Positions 1 to 26,472 of a stretch of 64,000 nt of DNA are shown one piece after another. The DNA comes from an uncultured Acidobacteriota bacterium (lineage in GTDB: Bacteria; Acidobacteriota; Thermoanaerobaculia; Multivoradales; UBA5704), in assembly GCA_963770895.1 (NCBI GenBank), contig CAVYRF010000002.1, positions 2,016,001-2,080,000 of the forward strand. The letters are read 5' to 3'. The stretch's first letter is position 1; every line of letters begins with the position of its first letter. Both the position numbers and the translations under genes were made by a program. A model generated the notes under the pieces. The model did no database searches and was not told where the DNA came from. It was given only the letters and a program-made list of their open reading frames with translations.

Positions 1-15653
<15,653 letters not shown>

Positions 15654-15794
15654 GGGAGGAAGCGCTTGTCGCGTGCGGAATCCAAAGCGGTGTGGCCCTC
15701 GGCGCAGAGGGCAACGAAAAAACTATAGCGAATGGTTTTCCATACAGGTGCGTCCTCAATCAGGGAGCACGCGTCACCTGCACTGGCGGATGCG

Positions 15795-16484
15795 TCACTT
15801 CTTGGCGAGGTCTTCGATCGCGGCCAGCCGCTCGGCGGCGTTGGCCGGCAGCGGCTCGATCAGCTGGCAGCGGCCGCCGGCGACGGTCAGCACGCGCGCG
15901 GCGCTGGCGGCGAACGGCTCCAGGTCGTGCGAGGCGATCAGCGCCACGGCGCCGGCGGCCAGGCGCTCCGCCAGCCAGGCCAGCAGATCGGCGCGCGAGC
16001 CCAGGTCCAGGGCTTCCAGCGGTTCGTCGAGCAGCAGGTGGCGCGGCGTGCCGATGAGCGCCGCGGCCAGCACGGCCTTGCGGCGCTGGCCCATCGACAG
16101 CTCGCGCACCGAGCGCTGCGCCTGCCCCTGCAAGCCGACAAAGGCCAGCGCCTGGGCGGCGCTCCCGGCGGGCTCGCCACGCAGGTCGCAGACCAGGCGC
16201 AGGATCTCCGCGACGGTGGCGTACGGCGTCAGGTCGGGCTGCTCGGGCACGTAGGCCAGCTGGCGCCGCGCCGCGACTTCCGCCGTCCACAGGTCGTGGC
16301 CGTCCACCTCGATGCTGCCGGCGTCGGGCCGCTCGATGCCCGCAGCCAGCTTGAGCAGCGTGCTCTTGCCGCAGCCGTTGCGCCCCACCAGCAGCGTCAA
16401 GCCCGGCTGCAGGTCCAGGTCGACCGCCGCCACCACGGCTTCCCGCGGCCGGTAGGAGAACGCCACCTGGCGGAACGAGATCAC
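15795..16484 (-). CDS. ABC transporter ATP-binding protein (ABC-2/CcmA-like)
   Basis: Walker A GRNGCGKST, signature LSMGQ, Walker B LLLDEP, H-switch ASH; GTG start overlaps the upstream gene's stop by 4 nt. Confidence 0.92.
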   Translation of the reverse strand: MISFRQVAFSYRPREAVVAAVDLDLQPGLTLLVGRNGCGKSTLLKLAAGIERPDAGSIEVDGHDLWTAEVAARRQLAYVPEQPDLTPYATVAEILRLVCDLRGEPAGSAAQALAFVGLQGQAQRSVRELSMGQRRKAVLAAALIGTPRHLLLDEPLEALDLGSRADLLAWLAERLAAGAVALIASHDLEPFAASAARVLTVAGGRCQLIEPLPANAAERLAAIEDLAKK

Positions 16485-18886
16485 GGCGCGCCGGCGTCCC
16501 TGTCCAATCGTTCAGAAAGGTTTTCTTTGCTGCGCCGCCGCCGCGTCCAGCGCACCCCGCCGGTGACCAGCGCCGCCAGCGCGCCGGTCGCCGCCAGCAT
16601 CAGGCCGCGGCGGTAGCCTTGCGGCCGGTAGCGCAGGCGCACCGTGCTGGCGCCCGGCTGGACGCGGAAGCCCAGGAAGCCGCCGTTGACTTCGATCGCT
16701 TCGCTGCGCCGGCCGCCGCTGTCGACCTGCCAGTCCTGGGCGTAGCTGACGCTGCCCACCACCACGCCGCCGGTCGGCGTCGCGACGTCCATGTCGAAGC
16801 CGTCGCCGCGCGGCCGGATGGCGCGCACCTCGCCTTGCTGCTCGGGGATGTCCGCCGCCGTGGCGGTGGTCCAGCCGACGGCGCGAAAGTCGTCGCCGTG
16901 CATCGCCTGCCACTGCTCGCTGGCCAGGTCGTCCTGCCGGCTGATCTCCCGCGGCATGAAGAACAGCGGCAGCGCCTGCGGGTTTTGCCATACCCTGCCG
17001 CCGCCGCCTTCGAAGACCAGCCGCCAGGGCGGCGGCATGGCGCGCTCGTGCGACGTCTCCAGGTACCGCACGGCCAGAAAGTCGTGTGCCGCCTGGTCGA
17101 GCTGCCCCAGTGAGTCGCCGATGTTCTGATAGAAGCGGCGGCGGTGACCCAGCCACCACCCGGCCATGCGGGCGGCGTCCTCGGGGCGCATGGGGTCGTA
17201 GCCGCGCGGGTCCCACAGGCCGTAGAGCGCGCCCAGATTTGCCGGCAGATCGAAGTCTTCGCACGCCACCCGGTACGGACCCTCCCCGGCAGCCGCCGCC
17301 TCGCGGCCGCGCGCCATCAGCCAGGCGACGGTCGGCGGCGGCGCCAGGTCCAGCCGCGCCGGCACCGCGGGGTGGTAGCGCACGCCCAGCAGGAAGAGAT
17401 CCAACGTGACCGCCACCACCACCGCCGGCGCGAACGCCGGCCGCAGGCGCGGCACGAGCAGCGCGGCCATCGCCGCCGCCGCCCCCGCCAGGGTGGCGAT
17501 CCACCAGGCGCGCGGCCAGGCGAAGCCGCCCGGCGGCGGCAGCGCCGCCAGGCCGCAGCCGGCGGCGGCGATGGCCGCCGCGGCGACGCCGCGCGCCACC
17601 GCGTCGCGCCCGATCCGCTCCAGCGCCAGACCGGCGGCGAGCGCCAGCGCCAGCACCCAGAATTCGCGCAGCCGCCCGTGCGCCCCCGGCCCGATCACCG
17701 GCAGCGCCAGCATCAGGTTGAAGAACGGCGGCACCCGCAGCGCCACCAGCAGCGCCGCCGCCCCCCCCAGCACCAGCACCAGCAGGCGCCCGCGCAACGC
17801 CACCGCGGCGGCGAGCGCCAGCGCCAGCACCAGCAGCCCGCCGTAGCCGGTGCAGATCTCGTTGAAGCTCCACTTGAGGCTGTAGTTGCCGTCCGGCGGG
17901 CTGCCCAGGGCCAGCGGCGCCAAAACCGGCGGCAGGAAGCTGGCCGCGAACGGCGGCGGCTGGAAGTTTTCGGGCGAGCGCGCCAGCGCCGCGCCGCGCA
18001 CGCTGGCCGGAATGGTGCGCGCCAGCGGCAGCAGCGCCGGCGCCGCCAGCGCCGCGGCGAGCGCCGCGGCCGCCAGCAGGCTGCCGGCGAAGCGCAGCCG
18101 CCCCGGCCGCGGCCGCGCCAGGGCGGCCGCGGCGACGACCGCTGCGACGATGCCGGCGTGCGCCATGCTTTCGGGGTGGCCGGACAGCGCGAGCCCCAGG
18201 GCGCACACCACCAGCCCGCTCCAGCCGCGCGGTACCGCGTCGCGCACCAGCAGGATGCCGAGCAGCAGCCCGGGCACGAAAGCGGCGGCCATGCCGGGGG
18301 TGTCGTAGATCCAGACCACCGCGTAGGTCGACAGGCCGGCCGCCACCGCGCCCAGCGCCGCCCCCCACCGCCCCGCCCCCAGCCGCAGCAGCAGCGCGTG
18401 CATGGTCAGCAGCCCGAGCAGGATCTGCCAGGCGCCGGCCACGGTCAGCGCCCGCAGCGTCGGCAGCGGCAGGGCCAGCAGGTGCAGCGGCGCGAACGGC
18501 GCCGACTGGCCGTTGCCGAGCAGCGGCTGGCCGGTGCCCAGCTCGTGCGACCACAGCGGCACCTGGCCCGCCAGCAGGCGCTGCCGCACCAGGAAGTGGA
18601 ACGGCAGCTGCTCGAGCAGCGTGTCGGCCTGGAAGTAGTTGTGCGGTTGGTCGGCGACGCCGGCCGGCGCCGCGACGTCGGCGAACGGCAGCCAGTCGTA
18701 GGCCAGGTCGGTCGGCACCTGCAGCGCGCCGGTCAGCAGCGGTTGCGCAAAAAAGGCGGTGGTGAGCGCCACGTAGGCGAGCGCGGCGCGGCGCGGCAGG
18801 CCCGGCCGCCACCACCAGCGGACGCCCGCCGCCAGCAGGGCGCAACCGGCGAAAAAGACGGCCAGGGCGGCGGCGGGGGAGGACAT
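16481..18886 (-). CDS. YfhO-family multi-TM membrane protein (putative GT-C glycosyltransferase)
   Basis: 801 aa with many TM helices, PLWS..GTGQPL motif, SGHPE, GYDPM, and a C-terminal soluble domain ending W....NG.F.G..V.PG...V.LRYRP plus a TM helix. Confidence 0.8.
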   Translation of the reverse strand: MSSPAAALAVFFAGCALLAAGVRWWWRPGLPRRAALAYVALTTAFFAQPLLTGALQVPTDLAYDWLPFADVAAPAGVADQPHNYFQADTLLEQLPFHFLVRQRLLAGQVPLWSHELGTGQPLLGNGQSAPFAPLHLLALPLPTLRALTVAGAWQILLGLLTMHALLLRLGAGRWGAALGAVAAGLSTYAVVWIYDTPGMAAAFVPGLLLGILLVRDAVPRGWSGLVVCALGLALSGHPESMAHAGIVAAVVAAAALARPRPGRLRFAGSLLAAAALAAALAAPALLPLARTIPASVRGAALARSPENFQPPPFAASFLPPVLAPLALGSPPDGNYSLKWSFNEICTGYGGLLVLALALAAAVALRGRLLVLVLGGAAALLVALRVPPFFNLMLALPVIGPGAHGRLREFWVLALALAAGLALERIGRDAVARGVAAAAIAAAGCGLAALPPPGGFAWPRAWWIATLAGAAAAMAALLVPRLRPAFAPAVVVAVTLDLFLLGVRYHPAVPARLDLAPPPTVAWLMARGREAAAAGEGPYRVACEDFDLPANLGALYGLWDPRGYDPMRPEDAARMAGWWLGHRRRFYQNIGDSLGQLDQAAHDFLAVRYLETSHERAMPPPWRLVFEGGGGRVWQNPQALPLFFMPREISRQDDLASEQWQAMHGDDFRAVGWTTATAADIPEQQGEVRAIRPRGDGFDMDVATPTGGVVVGSVSYAQDWQVDSGGRRSEAIEVNGGFLGFRVQPGASTVRLRYRPQGYRRGLMLAATGALAALVTGGVRWTRRRRSKENLSERLDRDAGAP

Positions 18887-18981
18887 GGGGAGCGGTCGAC
18901 GGAGGCGGGAGCAGTGCTAGTATACGCAGCGTTCGCCGACACCACGACCTGGGTAGCTCATCGGGTGTCAGGGCCACTGCC

Positions 18982-20078
<1,097 letters not shown>

Positions 20079-20082
<4 letters not shown>

Positions 20083-20780
20083 TCTCGGTCGTCCTCCCCA
20101 CCTACAACGAGCGTGACGGGATCGCGGAGCTGGCGGCGGAGATCCTGACGGTCGCCCGCCGGGCTCAGCTGGACCTGGAAGTGCTGGTGATCGACGACGA
20201 TTCGCCGGACGGCACGGCGGCGCACGTCGAAGAGACCTTTGCCGCCGATCCGGCGGTGCGGGTGGTGGTGCGGCGCGGCGAACGCGGGCTGGCCAGCGCC
20301 ATCCTGCGCGGCTTTCGCGAGGCGCGCGGCGAAACCCTGGTGGTGATGGACTCGGACGGCAACCACGACCCCGCGCTGGTGCCGCTGATGGTGCGCTGCG
20401 CCGAAGATTTCGACGTGGTGATCGGCTCGCGCTACGTGCTGGGCGGCGGCATGCTCACTTCGGCCTTTCGCTATTGGGCTTCCTACGGATTCAACGTCTT
20501 CATCCGCATCGTGCTGGCGCAGCGCATCCACGACAGCCTGTCGGGATACCTGGCCTTCCGCCGCGGCCTGCTCGACCGGCTGCCGGTCGCCACCATCTTC
20601 TACGGCTACGGCGACTACGCCATCCGGCTGCTCTGGCACGTGGTGCGCGGCGGCGGGCGGGTGCTTGAGATCCCGACGGTGTATCGCTTTCGCCTGGGCG
20701 GCGAATCGAAAACCCGCTTCCTCGCCTACTTCTGGACCTACATCGCCTCGGTGTTCCGGCTGCGCCTGGTCCATCGCTGA
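20079..20780 (+). CDS. GT2 polyprenol-phosphate glycosyltransferase (DPM1/ArnC-like)
   Basis: VVLPTYNE, DDDSPDGT, MDSDGNH, VIGSRY, GESK; start overlaps the aminotransferase stop. Confidence 0.9.
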
Positions 20781-22627
20781 TGAAGCAGGGGAGGGCCGGC
20801 GGCAGCCGGTGGCCGCAGGGTGTCGAATGGGGAGCGGCGGTGCTGCTGTCGCTCCTGGCGCTGTGGATGCACGCCGCGCGCGTCGTGTTCGCGGGCGGCC
20901 TGTGGCGCGACGAAACGGCGGCCCTGCGGCTGGCCACCCTGCCGTCGCTGGGCGAGGTGTGGCGCCTCTTCCCGCACGAGGCCTTTCCCATGGTGGTGCC
21001 GATCGGGTTGCGGCTCTTCGTCGCGGCCTGCGGCCAGGGCGATCACGTCCTGCGCCTGCTCGGCTCGGGGGTCGGGTTGGCGATCGTCGCCGCCCTGTGG
21101 GTGAGCGCGCACACGAGCGCCCGCACGCCGCCGCTCGCCGGCCTGGCGCTGCTGGTCCCCAACGCGGCGTTTGTCGTCTTCGGCGACGAGCTGCGCGGCT
21201 ACGGCCTGGGAAGCCTCTTCATCGTGCTCAGCTTTGCCGCCCTGGCGCGCCTGCTCGATCGTCCCAGCCCGTGGGCGGCGGCGGCCGCGCTGGTCGCCGT
21301 GCTGGGCTCGGTGCACACGCTGCTCGCCAACACCGCGCTGGTCGGCGCGCTGTGCGGCGCGGCGATCCTGACCGCACTGCTGTACGGCCGGCGGCGCCTG
21401 GCCTGGGCGGTTTTCGCGATCGGCTTCGCGGCGGCGGTGTCGCTGCTCCCCTATGCCGCGCCGCTGGCGGGGGCGCGTTCGTGGGACGTGGTGGTGGTCT
21501 ATCCGGAGCAGATCGTCCACCTGGCGGCGGTCCTGGGCGCCAGCACCGGCCCCGGCCCGGCGCGCGCGATCTGGCTGACGTTCGGGATGGTCGGCGCGGG
21601 CGGCGTTCTCTGGCTGCTGCTCCGCCGCCGCATGCTTGCGCTGCGCGCGGCCCAGGCAACGCCGCCCGCGGTCACCCCCGCGTGGCGTCCGGCGGCCGGC
21701 GACGCGCTGCAGATCTTCGGCGCCCTCACCGCGGTGTTCGCCCTGGCTGCCCAGCTGCTCTTCCTGAAAGTGCTCAGCTATTCGCCGCGCGCCTGGTACT
21801 ACCTGCCGCTCATGGCGCTGGGCGCCGCGGCGCTCGAACCCGCCATCGCCGGGTGCTGCCGCAGCGCCGGCCTCCGCGGCGTGCGGGCCGGCATCTGCCT
21901 TGTCTGCGCCGCGCTGCTGCTGCCGGGGGCGCTGCCGCGGCTGCCGACGCGGATGACCAACATGGACCTGGTCGCCCAGCGCATCGCGGCGCTGGCGGCC
22001 CCCGACGACCTGGTGGTGGTCAGCCCCTGGTACAACGGCATCAGCTTTTCGCGCTACTACCCGCGGCAACCGGCGCCGCCGGCCAGCCAGGTGGCGCTCG
22101 CCGAGCCGGGGGAGGCGGCAAACGTCGCGCGTCAGGCGGGGCTGGGGCTGGGTGGGCGCCAGGTGCCGGCCTGGATCACCCTGCCCGAGATTCCCGACTA
22201 CCGCATCCATCGCTACGACCTGCTGATCCCGCGGCTGGCCGCGCAGCATCCGATCGACGACGTGCTGGACAGCGTGCGCCGCTGTCTGGCCGGCGGCCAC
22301 CGGGTGTGGCTGGTCGGCGACCTGTGGCTGCCGGCGCCGGGCACGTCGATGGACCCGCTGCCGCCGGCGCCGGGCGGCGCGCCGGGTTGGCACGACTTCC
22401 CCTACATCAAGCTATGGATCTTTCAGCTGGGGCGATACCTGGAGGCGCACGCCGCTTCGTTCCGGATGGTGGAAGTGCCGGCGCCGTCGCTGGTCAGCCC
22501 GCTGGAAGCCGGCGTGCTGATGGAGGTTTCGGGCTGGCACGAGACGCCGGCGACGCCATCCGCGCCGGTCACGCCGTCCGTGCCGGCCCCGGCGCTGCCC
22601 GCCGCCGGCGTCGTTTCAGGCTTCTGA
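20780..22627 (+). CDS. ArnT/PMT-like GT-C membrane glycosyltransferase
   Basis: LWRDE acidic motif after TM1, ELRGYGL, about 11 hydrophobic helices and a C-terminal soluble domain; coupled to the GT2 gene (TGATG). Confidence 0.72.
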   Translation: MKQGRAGGSRWPQGVEWGAAVLLSLLALWMHAARVVFAGGLWRDETAALRLATLPSLGEVWRLFPHEAFPMVVPIGLRLFVAACGQGDHVLRLLGSGVGLAIVAALWVSAHTSARTPPLAGLALLVPNAAFVVFGDELRGYGLGSLFIVLSFAALARLLDRPSPWAAAAALVAVLGSVHTLLANTALVGALCGAAILTALLYGRRRLAWAVFAIGFAAAVSLLPYAAPLAGARSWDVVVVYPEQIVHLAAVLGASTGPGPARAIWLTFGMVGAGGVLWLLLRRRMLALRAAQATPPAVTPAWRPAAGDALQIFGALTAVFALAAQLLFLKVLSYSPRAWYYLPLMALGAAALEPAIAGCCRSAGLRGVRAGICLVCAALLLPGALPRLPTRMTNMDLVAQRIAALAAPDDLVVVSPWYNGISFSRYYPRQPAPPASQVALAEPGEAANVARQAGLGLGGRQVPAWITLPEIPDYRIHRYDLLIPRLAAQHPIDDVLDSVRRCLAGGHRVWLVGDLWLPAPGTSMDPLPPAPGGAPGWHDFPYIKLWIFQLGRYLEAHAASFRMVEVPAPSLVSPLEAGVLMEVSGWHETPATPSAPVTPSVPAPALPAAGVVSGF

Positions 22628-23404
22628 GCCGAACAGCCGGCGCAGGGTCGCCTGGATGGCCAGCGCCGCCTGGCGCGGATCGGGCGCCTGGCGGATCGGC
22701 CGGCCGACGACGATGTAGTCGGCGCCGTCCAGGAAGGCGCTCTCCACCGTCGCCACCCGCTTCTGGTCGTCCGCCGGCCGGTTTTCAACCGGGCGGATGC
22801 CGGGGGTCACGATCAGCATGCGGTCGCCGAGGCTTTCGCGCAGCGGCCGCGCCTCCAGCCCCGACGAGATCACCCCGTCGCAGCCCAGCTCCAGGGCGCG
22901 CCGGGCGCGCGACAGCACCAGCTGCGGCACGTCCACCGCGAACCCCAGGTCGCGCAGGTCGCCGGCGTCCAGGCTGGTGAGCACGGTGACGGCGAGCACC
23001 TTGAGGTCGCCCTTGTCGCTGCACGCCGCTTCCAGGATGCCGTCGTTGCCGTGCACCGTGGTGAAGGTGATGGGGTGGTTGCGCAGCCGCCGCACCGCCG
23101 CGCGCACCGTTTCAGGGACGTCGAACAGCTTCAAATCGGCGAACACCTTGTTGCCGCGCTCGGTCAGCCAGTCGATCAGCTCGAAGTACCCGCCGGCGGT
23201 GAACAGCTCCAGGCCGACCTTGTAGAAGCGCACCGCGTCGCCCAACTGGCCGACCAGCTGGCGGGCGGCCTGCGCGTCGGGCACGTCCAGGGCAAAGATC
23301 AGCCGCTCCTCGGGCGGGATCGGCTTGGCGGACAGCAGGGGCGTGGCGGAGGCGGCAGGCGCGGTGGGTGAGTCAGGCGGCGCGGCGGCGGTCGAATCGC
23401 TCAA
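22616..23404 (-). CDS. pyrF: Orotidine-5'-phosphate decarboxylase
   Basis: IFALD, FADLKLFDVPETV (DxKxxD), VTVLTS, TPGIRP, DDQKRV, VVGRPI; TTG start at 23404 after AGGGAG. Confidence 0.95.
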   Translation of the reverse strand: MSDSTAAAPPDSPTAPAASATPLLSAKPIPPEERLIFALDVPDAQAARQLVGQLGDAVRFYKVGLELFTAGGYFELIDWLTERGNKVFADLKLFDVPETVRAAVRRLRNHPITFTTVHGNDGILEAACSDKGDLKVLAVTVLTSLDAGDLRDLGFAVDVPQLVLSRARRALELGCDGVISSGLEARPLRESLGDRMLIVTPGIRPVENRPADDQKRVATVESAFLDGADYIVVGRPIRQAPDPRQAALAIQATLRRLFGSEA

Positions 23405-23487
23405 GCGGGGCTCCCTTGGAAGGTGGGGGCGGCGCGCGCGCAGCACGCCCGTGCCGCCGGCGCCAGTGTCTCATAAGATGGAGCGCC

Positions 23488-24786
23488 ATGATCGAACGCC
23501 TGTTCAAGGTGCGCGCCTGCGGGTCGACGCTGGCGCGCGAATGCCTGGGAGGTGTCGCGACCTTCCTGACCATGGCCTACATCCTGGCGGTCAATCCGGT
23601 CTTCATGGTCGCGGCGGGCATGCCGCTGCCGGCGGCGATCGCCGCCACCGCGGTGGCCGCCGCCGGCGCCACGCTGCTGATGGGGCTGGCCGCCAACTAC
23701 CCCATCGCGCTCGCTCCCGGCATGGGGATGAACGCCTTCTTCGCCTACGGCATCTGCGTCGGCGCCAAGGTGCCCTGGCAGACCGCCCTGGGCATCGTGT
23801 TCTGGAGCGGCGTCGCCTTTCTGGCGCTGACGGTCACCGGCGCGCGCCGGCTGCTGGTGCGGGCGATGCCGCCGGTGTTGCAGCTGGCAGGCGCGGCGGG
23901 CATCGGGCTGTTCATCGCCTTCATCGGGCTGCAGCACGGCGGCCTGGTGAAGGCCGACGCCAACACCCTGGTGACGCTCGGGGACCTGCGGGCGCCCGGC
24001 GCCTGGCTGACCCTGGCGGGGGTCGCGTTCATCCTGGTGCTGCTCGCCGCCGGGGTGCGCACGGCGATCTTCTGGGGCCTGGCCGCGACGCTGGCCGCGG
24101 CGCTGGCAGGCGGCCTGGTGCACGCGCCGGCGCGGCTCTTCGCGGTGCCGGCGGTGGCGCTGCCCGGCGGTGCCATCGACCTGCTCGGCGCCCTGCGGCC
24201 GCAGTACGTGCCGCTGATGCTGGTGGTGCTGTTCTTTGCGCTGTTCGACACGCTGGGGACGCTGCTCGGCCTGGCGCACCAGGCGGGGCTGCTGCGCCAC
24301 GGCGAGCTGCCGCGCATCGAGCGGGCGCTGGCGGCGGATGCCGTGGGGATGGTGGGCGGCGCCCTGTGCGGCACCTCGCCGGTGACGGCCTACATCGAGA
24401 GCGGCGCCGGGATCGCGGTCGGGGCGCGCACCGGCCTGGCGAGCGTGGTCACCGCCGTGCTGCTGGCGGCGTCGCTGCTGTGGATCCCGCTGGTGGAGAT
24501 GGTGAGCCAGGCCGGCTTCATCACCGCGCCGGCGCTCATCCTGGTGGGCCTGCTGATGCTGCGGGCGGTGCGCGAGATCGACTGGGCGGACCTGACCGAG
24601 GCCGCCCCCGCCTTCTTCACCGCGCTGTTGATGCCGCTCACTTTCAACATCTCGCACGGCCTGGCGGCAGGCATCGTGGTGTACGTGGTGGTCAAGCTCG
24701 CGGCGCGGCGCGGCCGCGAGGTGCACTGGCTGATGGGGGTGCTGGCCGTGCTGGTGATCCTGCGCTACGCGCTGCTGCCCGCCTGA
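23488..24786 (+). CDS. NCS2/AzgA-family nucleobase permease
   Basis: TFLTMAYILAVNP, APGMGMNAFF, FDTLGT, YIESGAG, GARTGL, MPLTFNISHG; ATG start at 23488. Confidence 0.93.
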   Translation: MIERLFKVRACGSTLARECLGGVATFLTMAYILAVNPVFMVAAGMPLPAAIAATAVAAAGATLLMGLAANYPIALAPGMGMNAFFAYGICVGAKVPWQTALGIVFWSGVAFLALTVTGARRLLVRAMPPVLQLAGAAGIGLFIAFIGLQHGGLVKADANTLVTLGDLRAPGAWLTLAGVAFILVLLAAGVRTAIFWGLAATLAAALAGGLVHAPARLFAVPAVALPGGAIDLLGALRPQYVPLMLVVLFFALFDTLGTLLGLAHQAGLLRHGELPRIERALAADAVGMVGGALCGTSPVTAYIESGAGIAVGARTGLASVVTAVLLAASLLWIPLVEMVSQAGFITAPALILVGLLMLRAVREIDWADLTEAAPAFFTALLMPLTFNISHGLAAGIVVYVVVKLAARRGREVHWLMGVLAVLVILRYALLPA

Positions 24787-24867
24787 GCGGATGGGGCCGG
24801 CCAGCGGACCGCCGCGCGCCTGCCGTGCCGCCGGCGGCCGGCGGGGCCGTCAGGGCTCGCGTCGCTG

Positions 24868-25302
24868 TCAAGGCATGCGGTCGTGCATGTAGCGCAGCAA
24901 CCGGTGGAAGCCGCCCAGCATCTCGGCCATCGCCTGCTCCTCTTCGGGCGGCAGCGGCTCCTCGCAGCCCAGGATCTGGTAGAGGCTCGGCGGTGCCGTC
25001 CGGGCGGCGCCGGAGCCGGCCGGGCCGGCGCTCCGCCAGTCGTCGGAAGGCGTGCCGGCGCCGCGCAACGCTTCGGGGCGCCCGTTGACGATCTGCAAGG
25101 CGTTGTGCAGATCGTTCAGGTCGCAGAGCAGGGCATCCAGGATCTTTTCCAGCGTGTCCAGCGAAGGCTTCTGCTTGCCGGTTTCGTAGGCGGACAGCAT
25201 GGCCTTGGTGATGCCCGCATCCGCCGCCACCTGGTACTGCCGCCTGTTCTGTCTTTCGCGTAGCCAGCGCAGCGCCCTGCCGAGGCCATCGAAGATTGGC
25301 AT
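24868..25302 (-). CDS. XRE-family HTH transcriptional regulator
   Basis: ALRWLRERQNRRQYQVAADAGITKAMLSAYETGKQKPSLDTLEKILDAL fits an HTH_3 pattern. Confidence 0.9.
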   Translation of the reverse strand: MPIFDGLGRALRWLRERQNRRQYQVAADAGITKAMLSAYETGKQKPSLDTLEKILDALLCDLNDLHNALQIVNGRPEALRGAGTPSDDWRSAGPAGSGAARTAPPSLYQILGCEEPLPPEEEQAMAEMLGGFHRLLRYMHDRMP

Positions 25303-25309
25303 GCCCCCG

Positions 25310-25339
25310 AATGTATCCTCAAGGCTCTTGCTGAGGCAA
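25310..25339 (-). promoter_or_regulatory. Putative sigma70 promoter of the XRE gene (leaderless)
   Basis: TTGCCT-18 nt-TACATT, ending 7 nt before the ATG. Confidence 0.5.
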
Positions 25340-25405
25340 GCGCAAACGATTGGAAATAAATAACTTAGATCGATATCCAGGACCTGTCGGCAGACTTTTT
25401 ATTAC

Positions 25406-25434
25406 TTGACAGCGAGATTGGCGACATCTACAGT
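25406..25434 (+). promoter_or_regulatory. Sigma70 promoter of the zinc-finger/TPR-like gene
   Basis: TTGACA-17 nt-TACAGT at the edge of an AT-rich patch. Confidence 0.7.
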
Positions 25435-25532
25435 TGTTGGGGCCGACAACATGTATTCGAAAGGCGCCCCAGCTCACGGCCGGGAACCTTGGGGATCACC
25501 CCTCCTCTACCTCCAATTGGGAGATGCGCGCA

Positions 25533-26441
25533 ATGTCCTGGAGCGGCGCCGGCGGACCCTCCGACCCCCACCCTGGTCAAGACCTGCTGGAACGCTTCAT
25601 GCGCAACGAGGTCTCGGCAACCGAGCGGCGCCAGGTCGTGCGCCACCTGCTCGCCGGTTGCGCGCGCTGCGTCGCCGTCACTCGGGAGCTCTGGGCGCTC
25701 GGCAAGCCGGACGCCCGCGCCCGCCGCTCAGGCCTCGCCGCGGCCGGCCTCGCCGCCGCGCCCCCCGTCGCCGCTGCTCTGAATCTCACCGCTCCATCAC
25801 CCGGCGGCGCCACCCAGGGCGGCCCGGCGCCCGGCGCCGCCAAGCTCGACCTGTTCGCCGATCTGGCCGCGGACCATGGCGATGCGGACGATGCGGATCG
25901 CCAGCTGACCCGCGCCGTCGAGCTCTACCGGGCCGCATCCGATGCCCCGGGCGCAGCGCAGGATGCAGCGCTGGACGAAGCGCTGGGCGCGGCGGTCCGA
26001 GCCCAGGTGCTGTTCCAGCAGCTGGCACTCCCTGCCGCCGCCGCGGACGCCCGCCGCCTGCAGGGCCAGATCGAGGTCGCTCTGGGACGGCCGGCGGACG
26101 CCGAAGACAGCCTGTCCGCCGCCGCCGACGCGCTCGCCCGGCACGGCATGGGGCGCGGCGCCGCCCTGGCCCAGGTCCAGCTGGGGCTGCTGCTGGCCCG
26201 CCAGGGGCGGACCGAAGACCTGCGCCGCCTGGGCCTCGCCGCCCGGCCGCCGCTCTTTGCCGGCGACGCCGCCTGGGGGTGGACCGCGGCGCTGCTGGTC
26301 TTCCAGCGCCAGGCCGCCGCCGCCCCCGACGATGCCGCCACCCTGCAGGCCCTGGCGCACTACCTGGCGTCCCCGCCCGCCGCCCACCGGCGTCCCGGCC
26401 CGGCGTCCGCGGGGTCCGCCTGGTCCGCCGGCGTCTGCTGA
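25533..26441 (+). CDS. Hypothetical protein: N-terminal anti-sigma-like zinc finger (zf-HC2-like) plus TPR-like helices
   Basis: HP..DLLERF.......ERRQVVRHLLAGCARC (H-x4-C-x2-C), followed by Ala/Leu helical repeats; GGGAG 9 nt upstream of ATG 25533. Confidence 0.65.
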   Translation: MSWSGAGGPSDPHPGQDLLERFMRNEVSATERRQVVRHLLAGCARCVAVTRELWALGKPDARARRSGLAAAGLAAAPPVAAALNLTAPSPGGATQGGPAPGAAKLDLFADLAADHGDADDADRQLTRAVELYRAASDAPGAAQDAALDEALGAAVRAQVLFQQLALPAAAADARRLQGQIEVALGRPADAEDSLSAAADALARHGMGRGAALAQVQLGLLLARQGRTEDLRRLGLAARPPLFAGDAAWGWTAALLVFQRQAAAAPDDAATLQALAHYLASPPAAHRRPGPASAGSAWSAGVC

Positions 26442-26472
26442 CCGGCTCGACGCAACGTGTACACTGCGGCGG

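Noticed and set aside
22616-24786. Nucleobase riboswitch between pyrF and the NCS2 permease
   Set aside because: Only 83 bp, no recognisable purine-riboswitch or PyrR motif, and the permease looks leaderless.
25942-26472. N-terminal extension of MutS2 in the ORF track
   Set aside because: It overlaps the upstream gene out of frame; MutS2-like sequence begins after GTG 26473.
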